Below are positions 38,707 through 48,790 of a stretch of 64,000 bases of DNA, piece by piece. The notes beneath the pieces were generated by a model, which ran no database searches, was not told where the DNA came from, and saw nothing but the letters and a program-made list of their open reading frames with translations. Each line of letters begins with the position of its first letter. Position 1 is the first letter of the stretch. Origin of the DNA: Demequina sp. (lineage in GTDB: Bacteria; Actinomycetota; Actinomycetes; Actinomycetales; Demequinaceae); the NCBI RefSeq assembly GCF_047975725.1, contig NZ_JBKEED010000036.1:62790-126789 (forward strand), given 5' to 3'. A program made the position numbers and the translations under genes.

Positions 38707-40188
38707 ATGGACGTCCTCGACCTTGCTCGGTGGCAGTTTGGCATCACCACCGTCTACCACTTCATCCTCGTACCGCTCACGATCGGTCTCTCGACCCTCG
38801 TGGCGATCATGCAAACCGCATGGGTGCGCACAGGCAAGGAAAAGTACCTTCGCCTGACCAAGTTCTACGGCAAGCTGCTGCTGATCAACTTCGCGCTCGG
38901 CATCGCCACCGGAATTGTCCAGGAGTTCCAGTTCGGCATGAACTGGTCCGAGTACTCGCGCTTTGTGGGCGACGTGTTCGGCGCGCCGCTCGCGATCGAG
39001 GCGCTCGCCGCGTTCTTCCTTGAGTCGGTCTTCTTAGGGCTGTGGATCTTCGGCTGGGACCGGCTGCCCAAGAAGGTGCACCTCATGACGGTGTGGGCCT
39101 TCGCCATCGGCTCGTTCCTGTCCGCCTACTTCATCATCGCCGCCAACTCGTGGATGCAGCACCCCGTGGGTGCCGTCTACAACCCCGAGACCGGCCGCGC
39201 GGAGATGACCGACATTTGGGCGGTGCTGACCAACAACACCACGTTGGTTGCCTTCCCCCACGTGATTGCCACCGCCTTCCTGGTCGCTGGCACGTTTGTC
39301 GCGGGCATCGCGGTGTACTGGATGGTGCGGCTGGCGCGCCAGAACAAGGAACACCAGGACCTGCCGATGTACCGCACGGCGGCCCGCTTTGGTGCCGTGG
39401 TCATGCTCCTGTCGGGGCTCGGCGTCATCGTCACGGGTGACCTGCAGGCCAAGCTCATGTTTGAGCAGCAGCCCATCAAGATGGCAGCGGCCGAGGGGCT
39501 CATCGAGACCCCTGAAGGCTGTGCGCCCTTCTCGATTCTCACCGTGGGAGACCTGTCCGGATCCAACCCCGAATCGGTCAACCACATCCTCGAGGTGCCG
39601 TGCTTGCTGTCCTACATGGCGACGGGGTCATGGGACGGCGAAGTCAAGGGGCTCGCTGACCTGCAGGAGATCTACGCCGAGCGCTACGGCGAGACCGACC
39701 TCAACGGCAACGAGATCGAGTACCGCCCCAACCTCATGGTCACGTACTGGTCGTTCCGCCTGATGATCGGCCTGGCCGCCTTCAGTGCCGCGCTGTGCGT
39801 CGCGATCTTCTGGTTCACCCGCAAGGGGCGCGTCACCGACCAACCCTGGATGAAGAAACTCGCGATCATCGCTCTGCCCATGCCGTTTGCGGCGGCGAGC
39901 TTTGGGTGGATCTTCACCGAGATGGGTCGCCAGCCCTTTGTGGTGGCCCCCAACCCCACGGGCTACGACTCCGTCATGCTGATGACGATGTTCGGTGTGT
40001 CCGAGGCCACCACGGTGTGGCATGTGGCCCTGTCGCTCACCGCATTCACGCTGGTCTACGGCGTGCTGGCGGTGTTCTGGTACCGCCTGATGCACCGCTA
40101 TGCGGTCGAGGGTGCGCCCGAGGCGCACTACGACGAACCCACCGACGATGACGACAGCGCTGACAAGCCCATGTCGTTCGCTTACTAG
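38707..40188 (+). CDS. cydA: Cytochrome bd oxidase subunit I
   Basis: LARWQFGITTVYH, QEFQFGMNWS, QPIKMAAAE, TEMGRQP. Confidence 0.97.
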   Translation: MDVLDLARWQFGITTVYHFILVPLTIGLSTLVAIMQTAWVRTGKEKYLRLTKFYGKLLLINFALGIATGIVQEFQFGMNWSEYSRFVGDVFGAPLAIEALAAFFLESVFLGLWIFGWDRLPKKVHLMTVWAFAIGSFLSAYFIIAANSWMQHPVGAVYNPETGRAEMTDIWAVLTNNTTLVAFPHVIATAFLVAGTFVAGIAVYWMVRLARQNKEHQDLPMYRTAARFGAVVMLLSGLGVIVTGDLQAKLMFEQQPIKMAAAEGLIETPEGCAPFSILTVGDLSGSNPESVNHILEVPCLLSYMATGSWDGEVKGLADLQEIYAERYGETDLNGNEIEYRPNLMVTYWSFRLMIGLAAFSAALCVAIFWFTRKGRVTDQPWMKKLAIIALPMPFAAASFGWIFTEMGRQPFVVAPNPTGYDSVMLMTMFGVSEATTVWHVALSLTAFTLVYGVLAVFWYRLMHRYAVEGAPEAHYDEPTDDDDSADKPMSFAY

Positions 40189-40193
40189 GAGGT

Positions 40194-41252
40194 ATGACCA
40201 TGACTCTTGATCTGCCCCTGGTGTGGTTCATCCTCATTGCGATCCTGTGGACCGGCTACCTGGTTCTCGAAGGCTTCGACTTCGGTGTCGCGATGCTGCT
40301 CGAGAAGGTCGGCAAGGGAGACCGCGGCCGCCGTGTCGCGCTCAACTCGATTGGCCCCGTGTGGGACGGCAACGAGGTCTGGCTGCTCACCGCAGGTGGC
40401 GCCACGTTCGCGGCCTTCCCCCACTGGTACGCGACCCTGTTCTCCGGCTTCTACATCCCGCTCTTGCTGATCCTCCTCGCCCTGATCGTGCGCGTGGTGG
40501 CGATCGAGTACCGCGGCAAGATCAACGACGATGCCTGGCGTCGGCGCTGGGACTGGGTCATCATGGGCAGCGCCTGGGTGCCCGCGATCCTGTGGGGCGT
40601 CGCCTTCGCCAACATCGTGCGCGGCGTGCCCATCGACGAGACCATGACGTACACGGGTGGGTTCTTCAACCTGCTCAGCCCGTACGCCCTGCTCGGAGGC
40701 GCCACCACCCTGACGCTGTTCCTGTCGCACGGCGCGATCTTCCTGTCGCTCAAGACCGCCGGCGCCGTGAGGGAGCGCGCAGAGGCCGTCGCTAAGACCA
40801 TGGCCCCCATCGCGCTCGTGGTTACGGCCGCCTTCGCGATCTGGACCCAGCTCGCCTACTCCGTCACCTGGACGTGGGCCGTGGTCGCCGTCGCCGCGAT
40901 CGGACTCGTCGTGGCGCTCGTCGCTGGCCGTGCCGGTCGTTTCGGCTGGGCCTTCATTGGCAACGCCGTGGCCATCGCCTTCGCCGTGGCGCTCATCTTC
41001 GGCTCGCTCTACCCCGACGTGATGCCGTCGTCGACCGACCCGGCGTACTCGCTCACCATCGAGAATGCCTCGTCCACCGACTACACGCTGACGGTCATGA
41101 CCTGGGTCGCGGTGATCTTCACGCCCATCGTGCTGATCTACCAAAGCTGGACCTACTGGGTCTTCCGTCGCCGCCTGTCGGAGGACAACATTCCCGAACA
41201 CAACTCCCTGACCTTCCTGCCCAAGAAGGACAAGTCGAAGGTCAAGCAGTAA
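40194..41252 (+). CDS. cydB: Cytochrome bd oxidase subunit II
   Basis: LEGFDFG, GPVWDGNEVWL, FAAFP. Confidence 0.97.
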   Translation: MTMTLDLPLVWFILIAILWTGYLVLEGFDFGVAMLLEKVGKGDRGRRVALNSIGPVWDGNEVWLLTAGGATFAAFPHWYATLFSGFYIPLLLILLALIVRVVAIEYRGKINDDAWRRRWDWVIMGSAWVPAILWGVAFANIVRGVPIDETMTYTGGFFNLLSPYALLGGATTLTLFLSHGAIFLSLKTAGAVRERAEAVAKTMAPIALVVTAAFAIWTQLAYSVTWTWAVVAVAAIGLVVALVAGRAGRFGWAFIGNAVAIAFAVALIFGSLYPDVMPSSTDPAYSLTIENASSTDYTLTVMTWVAVIFTPIVLIYQSWTYWVFRRRLSEDNIPEHNSLTFLPKKDKSKVKQ

Positions 41253-41256
41253 GTAC

Positions 41257-42855
41257 GTGCGTCCGATTGACCCGCGCCTTATCGCGCGTATTGGCCCTGC
41301 CCGCCGTTACATGATCGTGACGGCGGGCTTCGGCCTTGCCGCGGCCGTTCTCATCGGCCTGCAAGCGTTCATCATTGCCCGCGTGCTGGCCCCCCACCTC
41401 GCGCCCTTTCCCCTAACGGCCGATGGGTTGGGATGGCTGGGCGCCCTGGTCCCGCTGGCGCTACGGGACCTGGGCGCGGCGCTGCCGTGGCTCGGGTTGA
41501 TCGTGGCGTTGCGCGTGGCCATCACCTGGGGCCAGGAGCGTCTCGCGCATCGGGCCGGCGTCGCGGTCATCTCTGACCTGCGCGGCAAGGTAGTCGAGCA
41601 CGCCGCCGCGCTCGGCCCCCGGTGGGCCGCGTCGGGCGAAGGCGCGCGCGTGACCACCACCGCGACCCGCGGGCTGGACGGCTTGCTGCCGTACTTTGTC
41701 CGCTACCTGCCGCAGCTGCTACTGGCCTGCACGGTGACGCCGCTCATGCTCGCCGTGGTCCTCGAACTCGACTGGATCTCCGCAGCCATCATCGGTGCGA
41801 CTGTCCCGCTCGTGCCGATGTTCATGATCCTCATCGGGCTGGTGACGCAACAGCGCTCGGCCAAGCACCTCGAGGCGATGGAGCGATTGGCCTCGCGCAC
41901 GCTGGACCTGATCGCCGGGCTGCCCACCCTCAAGGCCCTCGGCCGCCACCATGGTCCCGCGGCGCGTGTGCGCGAACTGGGAGATGCCCAGCGCTCCGCG
42001 ACGATGGGTTCGCTGCGCGTGGCGTTCCTCTCGGGCATGGCACTCGAACTGCTGACCACCCTCGCAGTGGCACTCGTGGCCGTCACGCTGGGCTTCCGGC
42101 TCGTGTACGGCGAGGTGAGCATCGAGACCGCTCTCGCCGTGCTGGTCTTGGCCCCCGAGGTCTACCTGCCCGTGCGCAACGTCGGCACCCATTTCCACGC
42201 CTCCGCGGACGGCCTCGCTGCGGCGGATGCCGCCTTCGCGGTACTCGACACCGAGCCCGTGAGCGTGGGTGGCGACCGCCCTGCCCCGTCGCTGGAGGGA
42301 GCCTCCCTCGTCACGACCGGCGTGGCGGTCGCGACGCCCGACGGAGTGCGCCTGGCGCCTGGCGGCCTGGACGCCACCGCCTCACCGGGCCAGATCACGG
42401 CCCTGGTGGGTCCCAACGGCGACGGCAAGTCCACCGCGCTCCTGGCGCTCATGGGGCTACTCGCCCCCGACCAGGGCGCCGTCCATGCGGTGCTCGCCGA
42501 CGGATCACCCGTGGAGCTGAACGATGTCGATTCCTCGCAGTGGGCTCGCCAGTTCGCCTGGGTTCCGCAGCGGCCTGATCTTGGCGTCGAGGGACTCACC
42601 CTGAGCCTGGGGCAACGCGAGCGGGTCGCCCTTGAGCGCGCCTTCGCCTCTGACCGCCCGGTGCTCGTGCTCGACGAGCCCACGGCTCACCTCGACATCG
42701 ACAACCGTGCCCACGTGATCGGCGCCATCCGAGACGCCGCTGCCGCCGGGCGCACTGTCGTGGTCGCGACCCACGAGCCCGAACTGATCGCAGCCGCGCA
42801 TCGGGTCATCGAGGTGACCGCCGTGACCGTCGGTGCTCAGGAGGTGGCGCTGTGA
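41257..42855 (+). CDS. cydD: Thiol reductant ABC exporter subunit CydD (shortened NBD)
   Basis: LRVAFLS, LAPEVYLPVR, FHAS, GPNGDGKST, LSLGQ, LDEPTAHLD; operon position. Confidence 0.88.
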   Translation: MRPIDPRLIARIGPARRYMIVTAGFGLAAAVLIGLQAFIIARVLAPHLAPFPLTADGLGWLGALVPLALRDLGAALPWLGLIVALRVAITWGQERLAHRAGVAVISDLRGKVVEHAAALGPRWAASGEGARVTTTATRGLDGLLPYFVRYLPQLLLACTVTPLMLAVVLELDWISAAIIGATVPLVPMFMILIGLVTQQRSAKHLEAMERLASRTLDLIAGLPTLKALGRHHGPAARVRELGDAQRSATMGSLRVAFLSGMALELLTTLAVALVAVTLGFRLVYGEVSIETALAVLVLAPEVYLPVRNVGTHFHASADGLAAADAAFAVLDTEPVSVGGDRPAPSLEGASLVTTGVAVATPDGVRLAPGGLDATASPGQITALVGPNGDGKSTALLALMGLLAPDQGAVHAVLADGSPVELNDVDSSQWARQFAWVPQRPDLGVEGLTLSLGQRERVALERAFASDRPVLVLDEPTAHLDIDNRAHVIGAIRDAAAAGRTVVVATHEPELIAAAHRVIEVTAVTVGAQEVAL

Positions 42856-44492
42856 ACCAGTGGCTGCCCTTGCGTCGCGCCCTGAGGGATGCCGACATTC
42901 CCCGCGTGCGCGCCACCATGGCTGTGGTCTGGGGCACCGCCGCGATCGGCTCCGCCGTGGGGCTGTCGGCGGTCGCAGCCTGGCTGATCGCTCGTGCGGC
43001 AGGCATGCCCTCTCCCGCCGACCTCGCCGTCGCCGCCGTCATCGTGCGCTTCTTCGGCATTGGCCGCGGCCTGTTCCGCTACCTCGAAAGGCTCGCGTCT
43101 CACGACACGGCTCTGCGGGGCGTGGTCGACCTGCGCGTGCGCGTCTATGAGCGCCTGGCGGCTTCTCCGCCGGCGCAGGTGCTGTCCGTGCGACGCGGTC
43201 AAATTATGGCTCGCCTTGGCGCCGACATCGACGCCGTAGGTGACGCGGTGGTCCGCGGGCTCATCCCGCCTGCTGTCGCCGTCACGGTCGCTGCCATTGC
43301 CGTGGGCATCTCGGCGGCCCTGGTACCCGCTGCCGGGGCCGCGCTCGCCGCGTGCCTTCTCGTGGCGGGCGTGGGCGCCGCCGCGCTGACGGTCCGCTCC
43401 GCTCGCTCCGCAGCGACGCTCGGGGTCAGGGCCGATGCACGGGTCACCGAGCGCACGCTCGCCGCCATCGAGTCCGCGCCCGAGCACCGGGTGTGGGGCA
43501 CTCAGTCGGGCTCGCTCGAGGCTTTGGCTGACGCTGAGCGTGACAGCGCCGCCGCGCACGAGGCCGCGGCGCGCCCCGCCGCCTTCGCCAACGCTGTTCA
43601 GACACTCGCGGCTGGCGCGGCGCTCATCAGTTCGATCGCGATCGCGGTGACCCAGTTTCAGGCCGGCCTGATCGGCCCCATGACCATGACGGTCGTCTCA
43701 CTCCTGCCCCTCGCTGCCTTCGAGGCAGTGGGCGCCATCCCCGCTGCCGTCACGCAGCTCGAGCGCTCGCGCGAGGCCGCCATCCGCATCGAGCAGCTCG
43801 CTCCCCACGTCGATCCCGGTGCGGACTGCGACATCGAGCGTTCTGCGGCGCCCGACGGCCCCGTGTCCATCGCTGCGCAAGACCTCTCGGTCGCATGGCC
43901 GGGCATGACGCCCACCATTCCGGTGAGTTTCGAGGTCTCCCCCGGCGAGGTGCTCGCCATCGTCGGTCCCAGTGGCATCGGAAAGACCACGCTGCTTGCC
44001 GCGCTCGCCGGGATCCTCGAACCGCATTCAGGCAGAGCCCTCATCGACGGCCACCCTGTGCGGGCCGGCGATTTGGGCGCGGTCGTGGCCATCACCGCAG
44101 AGGATGCCCACCTGTTTGGCACCACGGTGTTCGAGAACCTGCGCGTGGCCCGGGGCAACCTCACGGCCCACGAGGCACGTGAGGCACTCGCCACCGCGGG
44201 CCTGCGGGAGTGGTCTGAGTCGCTCCCCGAGGGACTCGACACGCTCGTCGGCTCTGGCGGAGGCACGGTCTCCGGCGGCGAGCGCCGCCGCCTGCTCCTG
44301 GCTCGCGCGCTGCTGACCCCGCAACCAGTGCAACTCATCGACGAGCCGGGCGAGCACCTTGACGCCGACGGCCGCGACGCGCTGCGCGCGGTGCTGTCAC
44401 AGATGCGCGCGCAGGGCCGTAGCGTAGTGATCGTGACCCATGACTTGAGCCTGTTGGATGCTGCCGATGCGGTCGTGAGCATCGATGCCTGA
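42852..44492 (+). CDS. cydC: Thiol reductant ABC exporter subunit CydC
   Basis: AWLIARAA, VRFFGIGR, RYLERLASHD, GPSGIGKT, SGGERRR. Confidence 0.9.
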   Translation: MNQWLPLRRALRDADIPRVRATMAVVWGTAAIGSAVGLSAVAAWLIARAAGMPSPADLAVAAVIVRFFGIGRGLFRYLERLASHDTALRGVVDLRVRVYERLAASPPAQVLSVRRGQIMARLGADIDAVGDAVVRGLIPPAVAVTVAAIAVGISAALVPAAGAALAACLLVAGVGAAALTVRSARSAATLGVRADARVTERTLAAIESAPEHRVWGTQSGSLEALADAERDSAAAHEAAARPAAFANAVQTLAAGAALISSIAIAVTQFQAGLIGPMTMTVVSLLPLAAFEAVGAIPAAVTQLERSREAAIRIEQLAPHVDPGADCDIERSAAPDGPVSIAAQDLSVAWPGMTPTIPVSFEVSPGEVLAIVGPSGIGKTTLLAALAGILEPHSGRALIDGHPVRAGDLGAVVAITAEDAHLFGTTVFENLRVARGNLTAHEAREALATAGLREWSESLPEGLDTLVGSGGGTVSGGERRRLLLARALLTPQPVQLIDEPGEHLDADGRDALRAVLSQMRAQGRSVVIVTHDLSLLDAADAVVSIDA

Positions 44493-46104
44493 TTCCGTCG
44501 CTCCCGAGGTGCGCGCCCACGCCCTCGCGCAAGCAGTGATCGCGCTCAACACGGAGATCGAACTCGGCAACGTGCTCGACGCCTTCCTCGTAGCCGCGAC
44601 CGAACTGACCGGCGCGCGCTACGCGGCTATCAATGTGCTCGATTCGCAGGGCCGCTCGCAGTCCTTCCACTCGCGCGGCATGCCCCCCGAGATGCACGAC
44701 ATGATTGGCCGTCCTCCTGAGCCCGTCGGTGTACTCGGCGAGATTCCGGTCGAAGGCACGCTGTACGTTCACGACGTCGCGACCCACGAGGCCCGGATCG
44801 GCCTACCCCCTGGCCACCCTCCCCTGCACACCTTCTTGGGGGCGTCGCTGCAGGTGCGCGGGCGCGTGTTCGGCCAGCTCTACCTCGCCAACAAGGACGG
44901 CGACTTCACGGAGGAGGACGGGCACGACATCCGAGCGCTCGCCTCCGCCGCCTCGGTCGCCATCGACCACGCGCAGCTGTACGACCTCGCGCTCAATCGC
45001 GAGAGGTGGCTCGCGGCCGCCCAGCGCATCACCACCCACCTGCTGGCCAACGACGACCCTGGCGACGGTCTCCAAGAGATCATCGACACCGCGCTCCAGT
45101 TGTCGCACGCCGACACCGCCGCGCTGGTCCTGCCTGGATTGGACGGTGCATGGGTGATGGAAGTCACCGCTGGCACGTCCGCTCAGGAACTCCTGGGCCT
45201 CGAACTGCCCGCCGGCGGCACCGGCGTGGGCGTGATCGAGAGCGGCGAGGGCATGATCGCCCCAGAGCCGCCGGGCAAGAACGTGCTCGAACAGGTGACG
45301 TCGTACGGGCCCAGCCTCTACGCCCCCCTAGTGACCCAGGGCGAATCCGTCGGCCTGCTCATGCTGTGGCGTGCGCGCGGCGCGAAGGAGTTTGACTCGG
45401 GGGAACTGTCCATCGCGTTGCGCTTCGCCTCGCAGGCGGCACTCGCGCTGAGCCTGTCGGAACTGTCCCACGTGAAGTCCGTGTCCGCCCTCAACGAGGA
45501 GCGAGCACGCCTTGCCGACGACCTGCACGACTTCGTCTCACAAGAACTGTTCGCGACCGCGATGCAGATCGAGTCCATCGCAGAGGACGTGGACCCCCCG
45601 ATCGCCGCGCGCCTGCGCAGCACGCTCGAACACGTCAAGCGCGCCCAGCACGAGGTCCGCGGCGTCATGAGTTCGCTCGCCGGTCAACGCTCCAACGAGC
45701 CCATCGCCGAGCGACTGCGCCGCGAGTTGGTCCTCGCGCGGGACTCGCTCGGCTTCGAGCCGTCGGTCACCGCGGAATGGCCCGACCTTGACGCCGCCGT
45801 GGCCGGTGACCCTGCCCTCGCAGACGACCTGGTCGCGGTGACCCGAGAACTGGTGTCGAACGTTGCCCGCCATGCCCGCGCATCGGCCGTGCGGATCAAT
45901 CTGCATGCGAGCGACGGCCGCGTCGAGGTCCGTATCGAGGACAACGGCATTGGCCCCGCGGGCGCCACCCAACGGCACTCGGGCACCTCGAACCTGGCCA
46001 ACCGCGCGCTACGGCGCAATGGCACCTTCAGCCTGCTCGAGCGCTGGCCCGGCCGGGATCGGCCTGGCTGCGTCGCGGTATGGAACGTCGAGGCGTCCGC
46101 CTAA
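44485..46104 (+). CDS. DosS/DosT(DevS)-like double-GAF sensor histidine kinase
   Basis: PPGHPPLHTFLG and GQLYLANK GAF motifs; HisKA_3 ERARLADDLHD; SNVARHA, DNGIG. Confidence 0.88.
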   Translation: MPDSVAPEVRAHALAQAVIALNTEIELGNVLDAFLVAATELTGARYAAINVLDSQGRSQSFHSRGMPPEMHDMIGRPPEPVGVLGEIPVEGTLYVHDVATHEARIGLPPGHPPLHTFLGASLQVRGRVFGQLYLANKDGDFTEEDGHDIRALASAASVAIDHAQLYDLALNRERWLAAAQRITTHLLANDDPGDGLQEIIDTALQLSHADTAALVLPGLDGAWVMEVTAGTSAQELLGLELPAGGTGVGVIESGEGMIAPEPPGKNVLEQVTSYGPSLYAPLVTQGESVGLLMLWRARGAKEFDSGELSIALRFASQAALALSLSELSHVKSVSALNEERARLADDLHDFVSQELFATAMQIESIAEDVDPPIAARLRSTLEHVKRAQHEVRGVMSSLAGQRSNEPIAERLRRELVLARDSLGFEPSVTAEWPDLDAAVAGDPALADDLVAVTRELVSNVARHARASAVRINLHASDGRVEVRIEDNGIGPAGATQRHSGTSNLANRALRRNGTFSLLERWPGRDRPGCVAVWNVEASA

Positions 46105-46120
46105 GGACACCCCGAAGGGC

Positions 46121-46747
46121 TTAGGCGCGGAAGGACTGCGCCTTGCGCTGCGTGGCCCAGGCGACCACCTGGGTGCGGCGCTGCAGGCCCATCTTGGCCA
46201 GGATGCTCGTCACGTGGTTCTTGACGGTCTTCTCGGCAATGCCCAGCGACTCGGCGATCTCCTTGTTGGAGCGGCCCTCCCCCACGGCCTTGACGATCTT
46301 GCGCTCGGTGGGAGTGAGCGAGGCGATCGCGTCGTCCTCCTGCACGTCGATGTGCTGACCGTGTTCGCGGCCGGAGGCCACGTCCTTGACGGCCTTGAGA
46401 ACCTCGGACGAACCCGCGGTCTTGGCCACGAACGCATCGGCCCCAGCGGTGCGTGCCGCTGCCTTGGCCTCGTCGTCGTCGTAGCTCGTGAGGACCACGA
46501 TGCGGGTTTCCGGGTGGTGAGCGCGCACGTGGGCGATCACGTCCAGGCCCGTGCCGTCAGGCAGGCGAAGGTCGGACAGGATCACGTCGGGACGTACCGC
46601 ATCGACGCGTCGAATGGCCTGGGCGACGTTGGCCGCCTCCGCCACCACCTCGACGCCGTCGGCTCGATCGAGGATGTCGCAGATCCCTCGGCGAACCACC
46701 TCGTGGTCGTCCAGCACCAGCACTCTCACATCAGCCATAGGTGGCAT
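46121..46747 (-). CDS. DosR/NarL-family response regulator
   Basis: DDHEVVRRG, DLRLPDG, LTSY, NKEIA, EKTVKNHVTSILAKMGLQRRTQ; start could be 46738. Confidence 0.92.
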   Translation of the reverse strand: MPPMADVRVLVLDDHEVVRRGICDILDRADGVEVVAEAANVAQAIRRVDAVRPDVILSDLRLPDGTGLDVIAHVRAHHPETRIVVLTSYDDDEAKAAARTAGADAFVAKTAGSSEVLKAVKDVASGREHGQHIDVQEDDAIASLTPTERKIVKAVGEGRSNKEIAESLGIAEKTVKNHVTSILAKMGLQRRTQVVAWATQRKAQSFRA

Positions 46748-46764
46748 CGTATCGCCCTCCCTCC

Positions 46765-46926
46765 CCCCTTCCCGTCAAATGGATCCACTTTCATCGTCAG
46801 GCGGCACTTGGGAGCGCATCGGCCCTCCCCGACAAGCCAAATGGATCCACTTTCATCGTCAGGCGGCACTTGCGAGCGCATCGGCCCTCCCCGACAAGCC
46901 AAATGGATCCATTTGACGGGGAGGGG
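46765..46926. repeat. Inverted-repeat-bounded element with internal 62-bp tandem duplication
   Basis: CAAATGGATCCA at 46776, 46838, 46900; termini CCCCTTCCCGTCAAATGGATCCA / TGGATCCATTTGACGGGGAGGGG. Confidence 0.88.
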
Positions 46927-47835
46927 TTAGCGGCGGCGCTGGCAGGACGCACACCAATGGGTCGCACGACCGCCGATGCTTGCGCGGCTGAGCGCTCGCC
47001 CGCAGCGACCGCACGGCTCGCCGCCGCGCCCGTAGGCCTCGAGCGAGCGCGAGAAGTAGCCCGACTCGCCATTGACGTTGACGTAGAGCGCATCGAAGCT
47101 CGTGCCGCCCTGCGACAAGGCCTGTGCCATGACCTGTTGGCTGGCCTCCAGCAGCGCCCGCGCCTTCACCGCAGACACGTCGCGGGCGAGCCGTTCGGGG
47201 TGCACCCGTGCGGCCCACAGCGCCTCGTCGGCGTAGATGTTGCCGATCCCACTCACGAGGGTCTGGTCGAGCAGCACCTGCTTGATGCCTCGGGTGCCCC
47301 GCCGCCACGAGCGGATCGCCGCCGCGGGATCGAGGTGAGGGTCGAGCGCGTCCCTGCCAATGTGGGCAACGGACGCGGGCACCGCCGCGAGCGAGCTGCC
47401 CGCTCCCCCGGCCCGCGCATCGGCCGTGTCGACCAGCGGTTCGACGTGTAGGTAGCCAAAGGTGCGCTGGTCGAGGAAGTCGAGCGTCAGCGGCGCGCCG
47501 TCCCGGTCGAGCGTCAACCGCGCGCGGCAGTGGGGGTGCGGCTCGGGCGCGGCTCCCTCGTGCACGCGGAATTGTCCCGACATGCCCAGGTGCGCCGAGA
47601 GCGCCTCAGCGGGGACGTCGTCCCCCTCACGCTCGAGGAGCATCCACATGAACTTGCCGCGCCTGACCACGGCGCCAATGCGCGCATCGGCCGTCATGGC
47701 CTGGAAAAGCGGAGCGCCTCCCGGCAGCAGGCGTACGCACGAGTCGCGACGTACATCGGCGGCCACGATCTCGGCGCCGGTGATGAGGGAGTCCAGTCCA
47801 GCACGGACGGTCTCGACCTCAGGTAGTTCGGGCAC
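46927..47835 (-). CDS. mutM: Formamidopyrimidine-DNA glycosylase
   Basis: PELPEVE, RRGKF, HLGMSG, GIGNIYADE, C-terminal zinc finger. Confidence 0.97.
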   Translation of the reverse strand: MPELPEVETVRAGLDSLITGAEIVAADVRRDSCVRLLPGGAPLFQAMTADARIGAVVRRGKFMWMLLEREGDDVPAEALSAHLGMSGQFRVHEGAAPEPHPHCRARLTLDRDGAPLTLDFLDQRTFGYLHVEPLVDTADARAGGAGSSLAAVPASVAHIGRDALDPHLDPAAAIRSWRRGTRGIKQVLLDQTLVSGIGNIYADEALWAARVHPERLARDVSAVKARALLEASQQVMAQALSQGGTSFDALYVNVNGESGYFSRSLEAYGRGGEPCGRCGRALSRASIGGRATHWCASCQRRR

Positions 47836-47853
47836 AGCAACGCGCCGGCGCGG

Positions 47854-48564
47854 CTAGTGGGCCGCGAGGGGCTCAGCGGTGATGGACCCGTAGGCGGCCT
47901 CGGCGGCCTCCTGCTCGGCGTGCTTCTTGGCGCTGCCCTGGCCCACGCCGCGGGCCACGCCATTGATGGTGACGGTCGCGGTGAAGGTGCGAGCGTGGTC
48001 AGGTCCCGTGCCCTCGGAGGAGTACACGGGAGCGCCCAAGCCGCGCTCAGAACACGCCTCTTGGAGGGAGGTCTTCCAGTCCAGCGCCACGCCCGACCGG
48101 GCGGCGGCGGCCAGCGTGGGCCCCACGAGACGCAGGATGACGTCGCGGGCGACATCGATGCCATGGGTCAGGTAGACGGCACCAAAGACTGCTTCGAGCG
48201 CGTCGCACAGGATCGAGTCCTTGTCCGCACCTCCCGTGGCGGTCTCGCCCTTGCCCAGCAAAATGCAGGGGCCAAGGGAGATTTCGCGCGCGACCTGCGA
48301 AAGTGCGCGCTGAGACACCGAAGCGGCCCGCATCTTGGCGAGCTCCCCTTCGGGAAGGTCGGGGTGATCGCGGTACAGGCGGTCGGTGACGACCACTCCC
48401 AACACGGAGTCGCCCAGGAATTCCAGGCGCTCGTTGGTGGGAAGGCCGCCCGCCTCATAGGCGAACGAGCGGTGCGTGAGGGCAAGCACCAGCAGCTCGG
48501 GGTCGACAACGACCCCGAGCTGCTGAGCCAAGGCATCGGCTGCTGCCTGCCCCGGCATGTTCAT
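47854..48564 (-). CDS. rnc: Ribonuclease III
   Basis: NERLEFLGDSVL, DWKTSLQE. Confidence 0.97.
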   Translation of the reverse strand: MNMPGQAAADALAQQLGVVVDPELLVLALTHRSFAYEAGGLPTNERLEFLGDSVLGVVVTDRLYRDHPDLPEGELAKMRAASVSQRALSQVAREISLGPCILLGKGETATGGADKDSILCDALEAVFGAVYLTHGIDVARDVILRLVGPTLAAAARSGVALDWKTSLQEACSERGLGAPVYSSEGTGPDHARTFTATVTINGVARGVGQGSAKKHAEQEAAEAAYGSITAEPLAAH

Positions 48565-48593
48565 TTGCTCGCCTCGCGCACGCGGCGCGGGCC

Positions 48594-48788
48594 TCAGCCC
48601 TCGTGCTCGGTGCGCAGCGCCTCAGCGTACTGGCGACCGTTGTAGGCGCCGCACGCGGGGCACGCGGTGTGCGAAAGCTTGTCAGCCTTGCACTGCGGGC
48701 ACGTGGTGAGGTTCGCAGCGGTGGTCTTCCACTGGGAGCGGCGGGCACGCGTGTTCGAACGCGACATCTTGCGCTTAGGAACTGCCAC
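48594..48788 (-). CDS. rpmF: 50S ribosomal protein L32
   Basis: [20 protein letters not shown]...CPAC. Confidence 0.97.
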   Translation of the reverse strand: MAVPKRKMSRSNTRARRSQWKTTAANLTTCPQCKADKLSHTACPACGAYNGRQYAEALRTEHEG

Positions 48789-48790
48789 GG

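Noticed and set aside
46809..46822. TGGGAGCGCA as a CebR/CelR box
   Set aside because: Only a half match, inside a repeat unit, altered in the second unit and not near carbohydrate genes
46776..46911. 62-bp periodic repeat as a CRISPR mini-array
   Set aside because: The would-be spacers are near-identical, the shared core is only 12 bp in the third copy, the element has inverted termini, and no cas genes are present
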